This document shows positions 14,928 to 24,438 of a DNA stretch of 29,404 bases, in pieces (position 1 is the first letter of the stretch; every line of letters starts with the position of its first letter). The notes beneath the pieces were generated by a model. That model saw only the letters and a program-made list of their open reading frames with translations, did no database searches and had not been told where the DNA came from. Position numbers and translations under genes: made by a program. The DNA is from a virus. Its lineage: Duplodnaviria; Caudoviricetes. The DNA lies in the IMG/VR virus record IMGVR_UViG_3300027206_000008, positions 1 through 29,404 of that record; one strand, given 5' to 3'.

Positions 14928-16163
14928 ATGGCTATACCTAACAATGGTTTAATAACCGAAACTAACGCTCAGTACTATGCTGGCTCTCAAACTTTTATAA
15001 CGGATGGCGCTAGCGGTTCTTTTACTGCTACTTTTGATACTGATTTAACGTTTGGTAGTTCAGATTCTACGGCAGCTGGTTATAATTTAAACAATTTTAG
15101 ATTATACGCTTCTCAAGGTGCTACAGCTGGTACTCCTGGAACTTTTACTGAATATACTGGAACGTTTACTGTTTCTAATAACGTTTTAACGTTAGGCGTT
15201 GTTCCGCCTGCCGATGATTGGTTTGTAATTCAATTGCTTACTCAATACGGAGGCGAATATGGCAATAGAGATGCTTTTGGTGATGTAGTTGAAGATAATT
15301 ATGGCGGTTATGCTTATACTTCGTTACAAGATGTTATAACTAATTTTATGGTTGGTTACGTCGGGGCAGGGAAATTAATACCAAGCGTAAAAACAACAGA
15401 CGTAATGTTCTTTGCTAAAAGAGGATTACAAGAGTTTAGCTATGATACTTTAAAAAGCATACGATCTCAAGAACTAAATATTCCGGTTAATCTTAGCATA
15501 CCTCTTCCTCAAGATTACGTTAACTACGTAAACGTATCCTGGATTGATGGTCAAGGAATAAAACATATAATATATCCTACAACTTTAACTACAAATCCCT
15601 ACGAGATACCAGCACAAGACGCTCAAGGTATTGCAATACAAGATAATATAGGTGAAAATATAGATACTACATCTATAACAGAAGATAGATGGGCTACTAA
15701 TAATTTAGAACAAATTAATGCTGCTCAAAGTAATTTAACTGGTATGCTTCTTTCAGATGGTTTGGGTTATGGTGGCATGTATGGAGATAATTACTTTGGT
15801 CAAAGATATGGTTTACAACCAGAAACAGCTCAAGTAAACGGATGGTTCACTATAAATGAAAGAAATGGTAAAATGTCTTTTTCTAGTGATCTTGCTGATA
15901 AACTTATAGTATTAGAATATATATCAGATGGCTTAGGCTATGACGCTGATATGAAAATACCTAAACTAGCTGAAGAGGCGCTATACGCTCACATTAGCCA
16001 TGCTATATTAGCAACTAGAATTAATCAGCCTGAATATGTTATACAAAGATTAAGACGTGAAAAAAGTGCTAAACTTAGAAACGCTAAGATTAGATTATCA
16101 AATATAAAATTAAATGAGTTTGTTCAGATTGCTCGAGGTAAATCTAAATGGATTAAATACTAA
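14928..16163 (+). CDS. Putative second adaptor/ring protein with an N-terminal beta-rich insertion
   Basis: 411 aa. LPQDYVNYV and LEYISDG...IPKLAEEALY patterns typical of adaptor folds. Confidence 0.6.
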   Translation: MAIPNNGLITETNAQYYAGSQTFITDGASGSFTATFDTDLTFGSSDSTAAGYNLNNFRLYASQGATAGTPGTFTEYTGTFTVSNNVLTLGVVPPADDWFVIQLLTQYGGEYGNRDAFGDVVEDNYGGYAYTSLQDVITNFMVGYVGAGKLIPSVKTTDVMFFAKRGLQEFSYDTLKSIRSQELNIPVNLSIPLPQDYVNYVNVSWIDGQGIKHIIYPTTLTTNPYEIPAQDAQGIAIQDNIGENIDTTSITEDRWATNNLEQINAAQSNLTGMLLSDGLGYGGMYGDNYFGQRYGLQPETAQVNGWFTINERNGKMSFSSDLADKLIVLEYISDGLGYDADMKIPKLAEEALYAHISHAILATRINQPEYVIQRLRREKSAKLRNAKIRLSNIKLNEFVQIARGKSKWIKY

Positions 16164-16168
16164 ATTGA

Positions 16169-19100
16169 ATGGCTGAAGTTAAAAATGCTTTTATAAAGTC
16201 TAAAATGAATAAAGATCTTGATAGTAGACTACTACCTTCAGGTGAATATCGTGATGGACAAAATATACAAGTTAGTAAATCAGAAGGCGAAGACGTAGGT
16301 GCTTTAGAAAACGCGGTAGGAAACTTACCAGCAACTACATCAACTGGAGCCAGTGTTGATTTTAGTGTTATTTCTGGTTTAAATTCAGGCACTTTAAAAT
16401 CTATAGGCATTTATACTGATACTAACACGTCTATAGTATATGTTTTTTTAACAGATTATACAGAACCTGAAACTGGAAATATTACATATAGTTCAACTGC
16501 TAATAATTATATCTACGCGTATCACGTCTTGACAAGTAATGTTTCTTTAGTTGCTAAAGGATCTTTTTTAAACTTTTCAAAGACAAACCCTATATACGGT
16601 ATTAATATTTTAGAAAACTTATTATTTTGGACAGATAACAGAAATCAGCCTAGAAAATTAAATGTTGTTTTAGCTACTAAAAATAATGGTTTATACTATT
16701 CTTCAGAAGATTTAATATCTGTAGCTAAATATAATCCCTACCAACCAATAGACTTGTATTATAATGGAGGTGCTGCTTTTTTTACTTCTATGCAAGACGT
16801 TACGTCTGAATTTCTTCCTGACGGATCAACTCTTAATCCTTTTTATAATAAACCTTTAGGAGTAACGCCTCCAGCTGGTGAAACTTGGCCAGGAGATCCT
16901 GATTATTTAGAAGATAAGTTTGTAACTTTTAGCTATAGATTTAAGTTTAATGATGGAGAGTATTCAATTATGGCTCCTTTTACTCAAGAAGCTTTTATAC
17001 CTAAACAAGACGGTTATTTTTTACAAGGAGATGAGGACGCGGCATATAGAAGTACTGTAGTTCGTTTTATGGAAAACAAAGTTAACAGTGTTGGACTATA
17101 TATTAAGTTGCCTTTTGCTGCAAATGATTTAAACTCTGCTTTAGATGTATCTGAAATAGATATTCTATACAAAGAGTCAGATTCTTTAGCTGTCAAAGTA
17201 TTGGATTCTGTTCCTTTTAATGTTTTTAGTTTAAACGCAGACGAAACATCAAACTCTACTAAAACATATCTATATGATTATCAGTCAAGAAAACCATACA
17301 AAACTCTTGCTGAATCTGAAATTATTAGAGTATATGACAAAGTACCTGTTAGGGCTTTTGGTCAAGAAGTTATAGGAAACAGAATAGTTTATAGTAATTT
17401 TCAAGACAAACACTCTCCTCCACCTTCTATAAATTATGATGTAGCAGTAACGCGTAAAAACCCCATAGATGAATCTAAAGGATTTACTAGTATTGTAGAG
17501 TATCCAGAACACACAGTTAAACAAAATAGAAATTATCAAGTTGGTTTTGTTCTTTCAGATAGGTATGGAAGACAATCAACCACAGTGTTATCTCCTGTAA
17601 ATTCAGTTACGCAAACTGTAGATGGAATAACTTATGGAGGTTCTACTTTTTTTCATCCATACACTAAAGATCCAGGTTTAGGAAATAATGCTGTAAATGA
17701 TTGGCCTGGTGATTCTTTAAAAGTTTTAATAAATACACCTGGTATAATTAATGAAACTCCTAGGCTTTTAGACGGTTGGCCTGGATTACACAATGGAGAT
17801 TCTAATAGCGCTGATTATAATCCATTAGGTTGGTATTCTTATAAAATTGTTGTAAAGCAGACAGAACAAGAATATTACAATGTTTATTTGCCTGGAATAC
17901 TTGATGGTTATCCTGACTTTACGGTAAGCGCTACGAACCCATCTGCACCTGATCCAGTAGATACAATAGCACATATAACTTTATTGGGTGACAATATAAA
18001 TAAAGTTCCTAGAAATTTAACAGAAGTAGGTCCTGAGCAAAAGCAGTATGGAAGTGAAGTTGAATTATACGGTAGAGTTACGCCTGAAAGAGCGGGTCCA
18101 CCTACTTTTACCGAACCTTATTATCCACAACAAAATTCGCAAACTGTCGTAACTATATCAGAGCAAGATAATTTATTTGCTGACGCTAATGCAGCTGCTC
18201 CTTATGCTACCGTGTATCAATCGGATTCTAATCCTTATATAGCTAGACTTTCTCAAGGCGATGTATCTTCCGCTGTAGGTTCAACTTTACCTAAACCAAT
18301 AGGATCATTACAAGTAAATAATCTATCTTCAGTATACGGTATATTTTTAGGCGTATTTGAAACAGCGCCAGTAGAGTCGTTGCTTGAAATTTTTTGGGAA
18401 ACATCAAGCACTGGTTTAATATCGGATTTAAACGCTATAGCTGGTGTAAATGACACTGTTAGTGGTTTTTCAAATTTTGTTTTTAACCAAACAGAAGCGA
18501 CTACAGACTACGCAACGGCAAGTGCATTTTCTCCTACAACAACTGTAAATCTTGTTGAGGTTCCTATAACCAATAGCACAGTTAGACTTTTAAATGTTAT
18601 TGATGGAACCGGTGTACCTAGAAAAAATATGTACACCAATAACCAAGGAGATCTTGAAAAAATACAAGTAGCTGGACAGCCAGACGCGTGGAAGATACCA
18701 GTTTTAGATCCTAGTTATTATAGTACTGTAGCGGGTGCAAATACTTTTACTTTTTCTTTTGAAGTAAGAGATGACGATGCAACTAACCCAAGATTTCAAA
18801 CAAAATCAGTCACAAATCTTAACTTAGGTAATAAGAGTCCAGAATTACTACCATTAAATAATCCTGGATCTACTCCTATATCAGTTCCATCTACTAGAAT
18901 AAGAGACAATAAAATAGCCACTTTTACAGGTCAAAATGGTTTTGCTGGATCAACAACATTTGGATCTACTGCTATAAATGAAGATTTAAGCTTTACAATA
19001 AAATCTGGAAGTCAATCACCTAGTTCACCTCCATTAGAATTAAATCCGGATACAGGAGAATTATTTGAAAAAAGTGGTCTTGCTTTTGGTGTGTATGTAT

Positions 19101-20626
19101 TTGATTTAATACTAACTGACTCAGGAGGCGCTTCTGATGCTCAAGAAACTAGTATTTCTGTTTTGTTTGGAGAAGAACCTATTAATAATAGTTTTGGAAA
19201 AAAAGAAAACATTGATTTAACAGGAGGATTAGAGTCTGTAGGAGTGTATTGGGCTGCAGCTACTAATTATAGCAATATGATTGGATCTACTCCATTGCCC
19301 GCTGGTATGGAAAATAATAATAATATATCTCAAGGACGATCAACATCTTTCACTACGCCTTTGTCTTTAGACGGCTTAAATGCTTCTATTACTCCAGGCG
19401 TGAGCTCATCAACTGGAACATCGGCTTTAAATTATTTTGATAATAATAGTAATTCATATACGTGGAGTGATTTTAACTATAGACCTGATGCTTTTGACTC
19501 TAATGCGGGGAGTTCAGGCAATTCATTAACAAAAGGAACAGCTTACATAAAAGTAGATTTTAGTTTTGAAATGCCTACTTTTGATGCTACTAATTCTGCT
19601 TATCCTTTATCTTACGGTCAAATAGGGGTAGTTAGAGCAGTTTATTTACAGTATAGAGCCAATGAGTCTTCTTCTTGGACTACGGCTAGAGACGTGGAAG
19701 GTCAATTAATTAAATTTGGATCAACACAACAAAACATTGGAGGTACTCCAAGTGGAGCAAATAAGCCTGGTTTAACTCAATTTTTAACTGAAGAACAATT
19801 AAACGCTTTGCCATCTACGTTTAGTGCCACTGGTATACTTAACGATAGCGCTAAAAGCGTTAAGAATATTACAGGATCAGCTATATCTGATACTGACATG
19901 ATGAGAGCAACCACAACATATCCAGCTGCCGCAAATCAAATACCAACTAAATCTACTGTTTCAAAAGTTTTTGTTTTTGGTAAAGACGAAAGCTACGGAG
20001 GTAATGATGCATTAGGAGAGTATAGACTTTTAATTAGATACCCACAAACAGATACTGATCAAAAAAACACAAATCCTAGTTACTCAAATCAATCTTTAGA
20101 TATAACTCCAATTGGAACTTCTGGATTAAACGGAACTACTGTTTTTGGCAATCAAGGAGCACTTTTTGTAGCAAATAATATAAAAATTAAATTATCTTTT
20201 GGTGATTTTTATTATAAAGGAAATGAAAGAGTTTTTGCGTATAGAGTTTCTAATAACGGAAAAACAAACGCTGGATATGCTAAAACACAAAAGCCAGACG
20301 CGATTGTTTACGCAAGAGAATGGGCTTTAAGATACGTTACTCAGTTTTACACCACAAGTGATTTAACAGTTAAATGGACACCTAACGTGGCTGATGGCTG
20401 GTATTCTTATCGAGCTAATGAATTAACAAATCCAGCGGTTCAAGATGGAACTGAAAACGCATCTATCAAGCAATGGATCTCTAATATTTCGCCACCTGAT
20501 GTAACGGTCGGAGATCTTAGTGGCGGTACGTCTTTAACGGCTGACAGGTTCTTTGTTGCTCAATTTGACGCAACAGGTAAAAAAATAATTGCAACAGCTG
20601 AACCGGCTACTGGTAATATAGTATAA
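16169..20626 (+). CDS. Large tail protein: muzzle/nozzle (stabilisation protein) N-terminal part plus variable beta/Ig-like domains
   Basis: 1485 aa. N-terminal MNKDLDSRLLPSGEYRDG and LLFWTDNRNQPRKLN beta-propeller-like motifs, then a Ser/Thr/Gly-rich C-terminal half. Confidence 0.7.
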   Translation: MAEVKNAFIKSKMNKDLDSRLLPSGEYRDGQNIQVSKSEGEDVGALENAVGNLPATTSTGASVDFSVISGLNSGTLKSIGIYTDTNTSIVYVFLTDYTEPETGNITYSSTANNYIYAYHVLTSNVSLVAKGSFLNFSKTNPIYGINILENLLFWTDNRNQPRKLNVVLATKNNGLYYSSEDLISVAKYNPYQPIDLYYNGGAAFFTSMQDVTSEFLPDGSTLNPFYNKPLGVTPPAGETWPGDPDYLEDKFVTFSYRFKFNDGEYSIMAPFTQEAFIPKQDGYFLQGDEDAAYRSTVVRFMENKVNSVGLYIKLPFAANDLNSALDVSEIDILYKESDSLAVKVLDSVPFNVFSLNADETSNSTKTYLYDYQSRKPYKTLAESEIIRVYDKVPVRAFGQEVIGNRIVYSNFQDKHSPPPSINYDVAVTRKNPIDESKGFTSIVEYPEHTVKQNRNYQVGFVLSDRYGRQSTTVLSPVNSVTQTVDGITYGGSTFFHPYTKDPGLGNNAVNDWPGDSLKVLINTPGIINETPRLLDGWPGLHNGDSNSADYNPLGWYSYKIVVKQTEQEYYNVYLPGILDGYPDFTVSATNPSAPDPVDTIAHITLLGDNINKVPRNLTEVGPEQKQYGSEVELYGRVTPERAGPPTFTEPYYPQQNSQTVVTISEQDNLFADANAAAPYATVYQSDSNPYIARLSQGDVSSAVGSTLPKPIGSLQVNNLSSVYGIFLGVFETAPVESLLEIFWETSSTGLISDLNAIAGVNDTVSGFSNFVFNQTEATTDYATASAFSPTTTVNLVEVPITNSTVRLLNVIDGTGVPRKNMYTNNQGDLEKIQVAGQPDAWKIPVLDPSYYSTVAGANTFTFSFEVRDDDATNPRFQTKSVTNLNLGNKSPELLPLNNPGSTPISVPSTRIRDNKIATFTGQNGFAGSTTFGSTAINEDLSFTIKSGSQSPSSPPLELNPDTGELFEKSGLAFGVYVFDLILTDSGGASDAQETSISVLFGEEPINNSFGKKENIDLTGGLESVGVYWAAATNYSNMIGSTPLPAGMENNNNISQGRSTSFTTPLSLDGLNASITPGVSSSTGTSALNYFDNNSNSYTWSDFNYRPDAFDSNAGSSGNSLTKGTAYIKVDFSFEMPTFDATNSAYPLSYGQIGVVRAVYLQYRANESSSWTTARDVEGQLIKFGSTQQNIGGTPSGANKPGLTQFLTEEQLNALPSTFSATGILNDSAKSVKNITGSAISDTDMMRATTTYPAAANQIPTKSTVSKVFVFGKDESYGGNDALGEYRLLIRYPQTDTDQKNTNPSYSNQSLDITPIGTSGLNGTTVFGNQGALFVANNIKIKLSFGDFYYKGNERVFAYRVSNNGKTNAGYAKTQKPDAIVYAREWALRYVTQFYTTSDLTVKWTPNVADGWYSYRANELTNPAVQDGTENASIKQWISNISPPDVTVGDLSGGTSLTADRFFVAQFDATGKKIIATAEPATGNIV

Positions 20627-20645
20627 CAACAAGTGATAATATAAT

Positions 20646-22109
20646 ATGGGCGTAATAGAAGTAAAATATTTTAACAGTTTTATACTGAGAAAAACTCTTA
20701 GCTCTGCAGACGTTCCTGTCTGGAATGGCTCCAGAGGAGATAATACGTGGCCTCAACTACCTTCACCTCCTTATGTTCCTAATGATAAGAATTGGGCTAT
20801 AGAAGAATCTAGAATTAGAGGTGGCTATAATAATACATCTGTAGAGTTTGGCGTTAAAGCTTATTTAGTTGAAGACAATCCTAATGCTTCTTTTAGAGTT
20901 AATTCTATGATATACTCTGGAATATTTAACTCTAGAACGGGTATTAATGATACTAATGTTTTTTCTATAGGAGAAGATATTACTAAAAGTGTAAATCCAG
21001 CTAATGGTTCTATACAAAGATTATATGCTGAAAATACAAATTTATTAATTTTTCAAGAAGCTAAAGTTAGTCAAGCTCTTATAGATAAAGATGCTATATA
21101 TTCTGCTGAAGGCGGTGGAACTGTTACCTCTTCTAATCTTGTTATTGGAGCTGTGCGACCTGTAGGTGGAGATTTTGGAATAAGTAGAAATCCTGAAAGT
21201 TTTGCAATATACGGCTTTAGAAAGTATTTTACAGATAAAGATCGGAATGCTGTTTTAAGGCTGTCTAAAGATGGTTTAACTGAAATATCTAATTATGGTA
21301 TGTTTGATTACTTTAGAGACAACCTAAGTTCTTTAGATGGTCCTAGAAGTGTAGATATAGGTAAAGCTGTTGGTGGTTGGGACATGCACTCTAAGCAATA
21401 TGTTTTGTCATTACAACCTTGGAATAATACATACTCTACATTATCTTTTGATGATAGTGTTAATGGATTTCCAAGTTTCTTTAGTTACAAACCAGATCAA
21501 GTTTTTAGTTTAAAAAGCAATTACTACAGTACTAAAGATGGTATTTTATACATACACTATGGTTCTGACGCAAAAAGAGCTAATTTTTACGGACAACAAT
21601 ACAAGTCTAATATAACTTTTATATTTAATCCTAAGGTTAGTATGTCAAAAGTTTTTAAAACCGTAAACTATGAAGGAGGCAACGGATGGCAAGTAGATAG
21701 TTTTAAATCAGATATAACAGGTACTCATAGCGTTGGAACTCCTGAAGTAATAGCTTTAGAAGATCAAATAATTATTGATAATTTAGCATTTACAGACGGA
21801 ACTCAAGATGTCACAGCACTCATATACAGTTATAATCAAGGTTCTTATGATAATTACGGCAATCAGTACCCAGCTCAATTGATTCCTCCATTAAATCATG
21901 CCGGATTTACTAGAAAAGAAAACAAATACATGACAAATCTTATTAATAATAGTCCTGCGGCTGCTGGTGAAATCTTATGGGGACCATCTATGACAGGTAT
22001 AAAAGGTTATTTTGCAACAGTTACCATGTCTACAGATACTGTAACTGATGTTGGTGGAATGAAAGAATTATTTGCGGTATCTTCACAATATGTGGAGTCA
22101 TCATATTAA
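20646..22109 (+). CDS. Tail muzzle/nozzle C-terminal-like beta-propeller protein
   Basis: 487 aa. GSIQRL...FQEAKV, FGISRNPESF, YFTD...VLRLSKDGLTEISNYGM motifs. Confidence 0.65.
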   Translation: MGVIEVKYFNSFILRKTLSSADVPVWNGSRGDNTWPQLPSPPYVPNDKNWAIEESRIRGGYNNTSVEFGVKAYLVEDNPNASFRVNSMIYSGIFNSRTGINDTNVFSIGEDITKSVNPANGSIQRLYAENTNLLIFQEAKVSQALIDKDAIYSAEGGGTVTSSNLVIGAVRPVGGDFGISRNPESFAIYGFRKYFTDKDRNAVLRLSKDGLTEISNYGMFDYFRDNLSSLDGPRSVDIGKAVGGWDMHSKQYVLSLQPWNNTYSTLSFDDSVNGFPSFFSYKPDQVFSLKSNYYSTKDGILYIHYGSDAKRANFYGQQYKSNITFIFNPKVSMSKVFKTVNYEGGNGWQVDSFKSDITGTHSVGTPEVIALEDQIIIDNLAFTDGTQDVTALIYSYNQGSYDNYGNQYPAQLIPPLNHAGFTRKENKYMTNLINNSPAAAGEILWGPSMTGIKGYFATVTMSTDTVTDVGGMKELFAVSSQYVESSY

Positions 22110-22122
22110 ATTAAATCAAATG
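22105..22122 (+). promoter_or_regulatory. Repeated leader ATTAAATTAAATCAAATG (copy 2)
   Basis: Identical to 4606-4623. Supports ATG 22120 as the true start. Confidence 0.55.
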
Positions 22123-22533
22123 GAATTAAAAATACGAAAACTAGAGGAGTCTGATTGGGACACTTTAGTTAGTCTTTGGAATATGTGGCCTGATTGGCAG
22201 CATCATCCCCCTAAAGCACTACTTCCTGAAAACGGAACAGGTGGACTTATAGTAGAAAAGAACAATGTAGCTATAATAGCTGGTTTTATTTACACTACTA
22301 ACTCTAAAATAGGGTGGATGGAGTGGTTAGTTTCTGATCCAAACTACAGAGAGAGTGATAGAAAAGAAGCTACTAAAATGTTAATATCTGGATTAGAGTA
22401 CGTAGCTAAAATAAGCGGTTGTGAGGCTGTTATAAGCATAGGTAGAAATGAAAGTTTAATGGAAATACACAAGAGTTTGGACTATACAATAGACGAAAAA
22501 CCTTCTTATGAAATTTCAAAAAAAATAGTATAA
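22120..22533 (+). CDS. GNAT-fold acetyltransferase-like protein (137 aa)
   Basis: LKIRKLEESDW start, GLIVE..IIAGFIY, and WLVSDPNYR motif-A-like segment. Sits between the tail and ejection genes, as in many podoviruses. Confidence 0.65.
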   Translation: MELKIRKLEESDWDTLVSLWNMWPDWQHHPPKALLPENGTGGLIVEKNNVAIIAGFIYTTNSKIGWMEWLVSDPNYRESDRKEATKMLISGLEYVAKISGCEAVISIGRNESLMEIHKSLDYTIDEKPSYEISKKIV

Positions 22534-22534
22534 A

Positions 22535-23269
22535 ATGGCATTAGTAACAGCAGCAATAATTGGAGGCGTAGCGGCAGTAGCAGGAAGCACTATAGGTGCT
22601 ATTTCAGCGGGAAAGTCAGAGCGACGAGCGCGTTCAAACAAAAATAGACTTACAGGCGAACTAGAAGAGTTAGAAAAAAACCGTCAAGATATTATAAATC
22701 CTTATGAAGGTGTAACAGATTTGTCTAGTATGGTGTCTGACTTAAGTAGTATAGCTTCAAATCCATTTTCTAATCTTGCTGTATCAACAGCCGCGGCTGA
22801 AATGCAAATAGAAGAAGCTGATATAGCCTTAGCTAATACACTAGACACTCTTAGAGCTACTGGCGCTAGTGCTGGTGGAGCTACTGCTTTAGCTAGAATG
22901 GCATTAGAAAGTAAAAAAGGAGTATCAGCTAGTATAGAACAACAAGAAGCCACTAATCAACAAATGAGAGCTCGTGGTGAAGAAAGCTTACAAAACATAC
23001 AGCTAAGCGAAGCTAAAAGAGTTCAAAATACTAAAATGCGGGGAGCAGAAAGACTTGAGGATAAAAAAGTATCAGGTCAAATCTACGAGTTTGAAACTAA
23101 AGAAAAAAGAGAAAAAGAGCAACTTAATAGAAAACAATCTCAAATAACAGGAGCAGCAATGCAAGAAGGAGCAGCTGTTGAAGCTAAAGGAGCTGCTATA
23201 GCTGGTGGAGTTTCAGCTGTTGGTAATATGGCTGGTGCATACTACGGTGCAAAAGCAAAGGGAGCATAA
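22535..23269 (+). CDS. Putative ejection/internal virion (pilot-like) protein
   Basis: 244 aa with Gly/Ala hydrophobic N- and C-termini and a central coiled coil. Confidence 0.65.
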   Translation: MALVTAAIIGGVAAVAGSTIGAISAGKSERRARSNKNRLTGELEELEKNRQDIINPYEGVTDLSSMVSDLSSIASNPFSNLAVSTAAAEMQIEEADIALANTLDTLRATGASAGGATALARMALESKKGVSASIEQQEATNQQMRARGEESLQNIQLSEAKRVQNTKMRGAERLEDKKVSGQIYEFETKEKREKEQLNRKQSQITGAAMQEGAAVEAKGAAIAGGVSAVGNMAGAYYGAKAKGA

Positions 23270-23273
23270 TAAT

Positions 23274-24437
23274 ATGGAAGCAAAACAAAACACTTTTACA
23301 TCTGTAAATAAAGAAGCTAATAGCATTTGGGCTAACGCTACTAAAAACTTAGGCGCTGATACTACTAAAGCTATAAAGCTAGAAGGCACTTCTATGTCTG
23401 CTTCTCAAAAAGAAGCGGCTACTGTACAAAGAAATGTATCTGCTAGGCTTTTTGATAACCAAGAAGAAGCTTTAAAAAATATTAAAAAAGGAGGTATAAG
23501 AAATCCTTCGTTATCTAAATTAGGTAATGATTTAATATGGGGCATATATTACGCTGATACCGCTGTAACTCAAGCAAAAACAAAGCAAGAGCGTAACGAA
23601 GCTAGTGTAGCTGCTAGTAAATTAAATACATCTCTAACTGAGCTTTATCAAATTATAGACACTGGAAAAGAAACAGATGGTATATTCATGAAAGAATATT
23701 TTGGTCTTGAAGGTTCTAAAAACCCTGGGCAACCAGGCGGTATGGCTTTAGTAGGTAGAGATACTCCTTTATGGTCAAAAACTATGGCTATACGAAATGG
23801 ACTAGCTGGAGATGATGCTAATGAAGAGTATTACGTAGGCGATGATGCTGAAATTAGATTAAAATATACCGGAGCTATATTAGAAGGAGAAGTAGTTGAT
23901 AAGCCAGCTATAACTTGGTTAGCTTATGATCCAGGTATTGTTCTTGATTTAAAAGGTGAAAATATAAAAATGCTTCAAACGCCTAGCTCTTTAGATGTTA
24001 ATGGAGAGCAAGTTTCTATTATAGACAACAGCTTACAATATAACGATGCTTACTTGTTGTTAGACCAAAAGTATATGGAAGTGTCTGAAGACGGTAAAAC
24101 TCAAACAGAGTTTATACCTGCTAACATGGCTAAAATAGTTAATGACACAAAGTCAAAGTCTATGGCTAGAGCCGGCGCACTACTTAATGATTATCAAGAA
24201 GCTAATAGAGTTTGGAGAAACAACTTTAATAAAGAAGAAGATCTTAAATTTGAAGTTGCTCCTAATGGTAAAAATGTAGACGCAGGACAACAAGCTGAAT
24301 TTCAAGAGCTTATGTTTAGCAGTTTAAAACCATTATTACCTACGGTAGCAGTTGGTGCAACTACAGAAGTAGTTAAAGAAGAAGTACAACCTGAGATGGT
24401 TGAAGAAGTAGAATTAACAGCAGATCAATTTAACTAG
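23274..24437 (+). CDS. Putative internal virion protein (387 aa)
   Basis: Start reassigned to ATG 23274, after the upstream stop. Lies between the pilot-like gene and the giant gene. Confidence 0.7.
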   Translation: MEAKQNTFTSVNKEANSIWANATKNLGADTTKAIKLEGTSMSASQKEAATVQRNVSARLFDNQEEALKNIKKGGIRNPSLSKLGNDLIWGIYYADTAVTQAKTKQERNEASVAASKLNTSLTELYQIIDTGKETDGIFMKEYFGLEGSKNPGQPGGMALVGRDTPLWSKTMAIRNGLAGDDANEEYYVGDDAEIRLKYTGAILEGEVVDKPAITWLAYDPGIVLDLKGENIKMLQTPSSLDVNGEQVSIIDNSLQYNDAYLLLDQKYMEVSEDGKTQTEFIPANMAKIVNDTKSKSMARAGALLNDYQEANRVWRNNFNKEEDLKFEVAPNGKNVDAGQQAEFQELMFSSLKPLLPTVAVGATTEVVKEEVQPEMVEEVELTADQFN

Positions 24438-24438
24438 T

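Noticed and set aside
14922-14930. In-frame TAA-CAA-ATG junction suggesting read-through fusion of the two adaptor genes
   Set aside because: TAA is rarely read through, no stimulatory structure is visible, and tight packing explains it.
2069-23273. Longer track starts at 2069, 2400, 3077, 22072 and 23205
   Set aside because: They overlap upstream genes. Downstream ATGs (2204, 2457, 3119, 22120, 23274) follow the upstream stops and have A/T-rich leaders.
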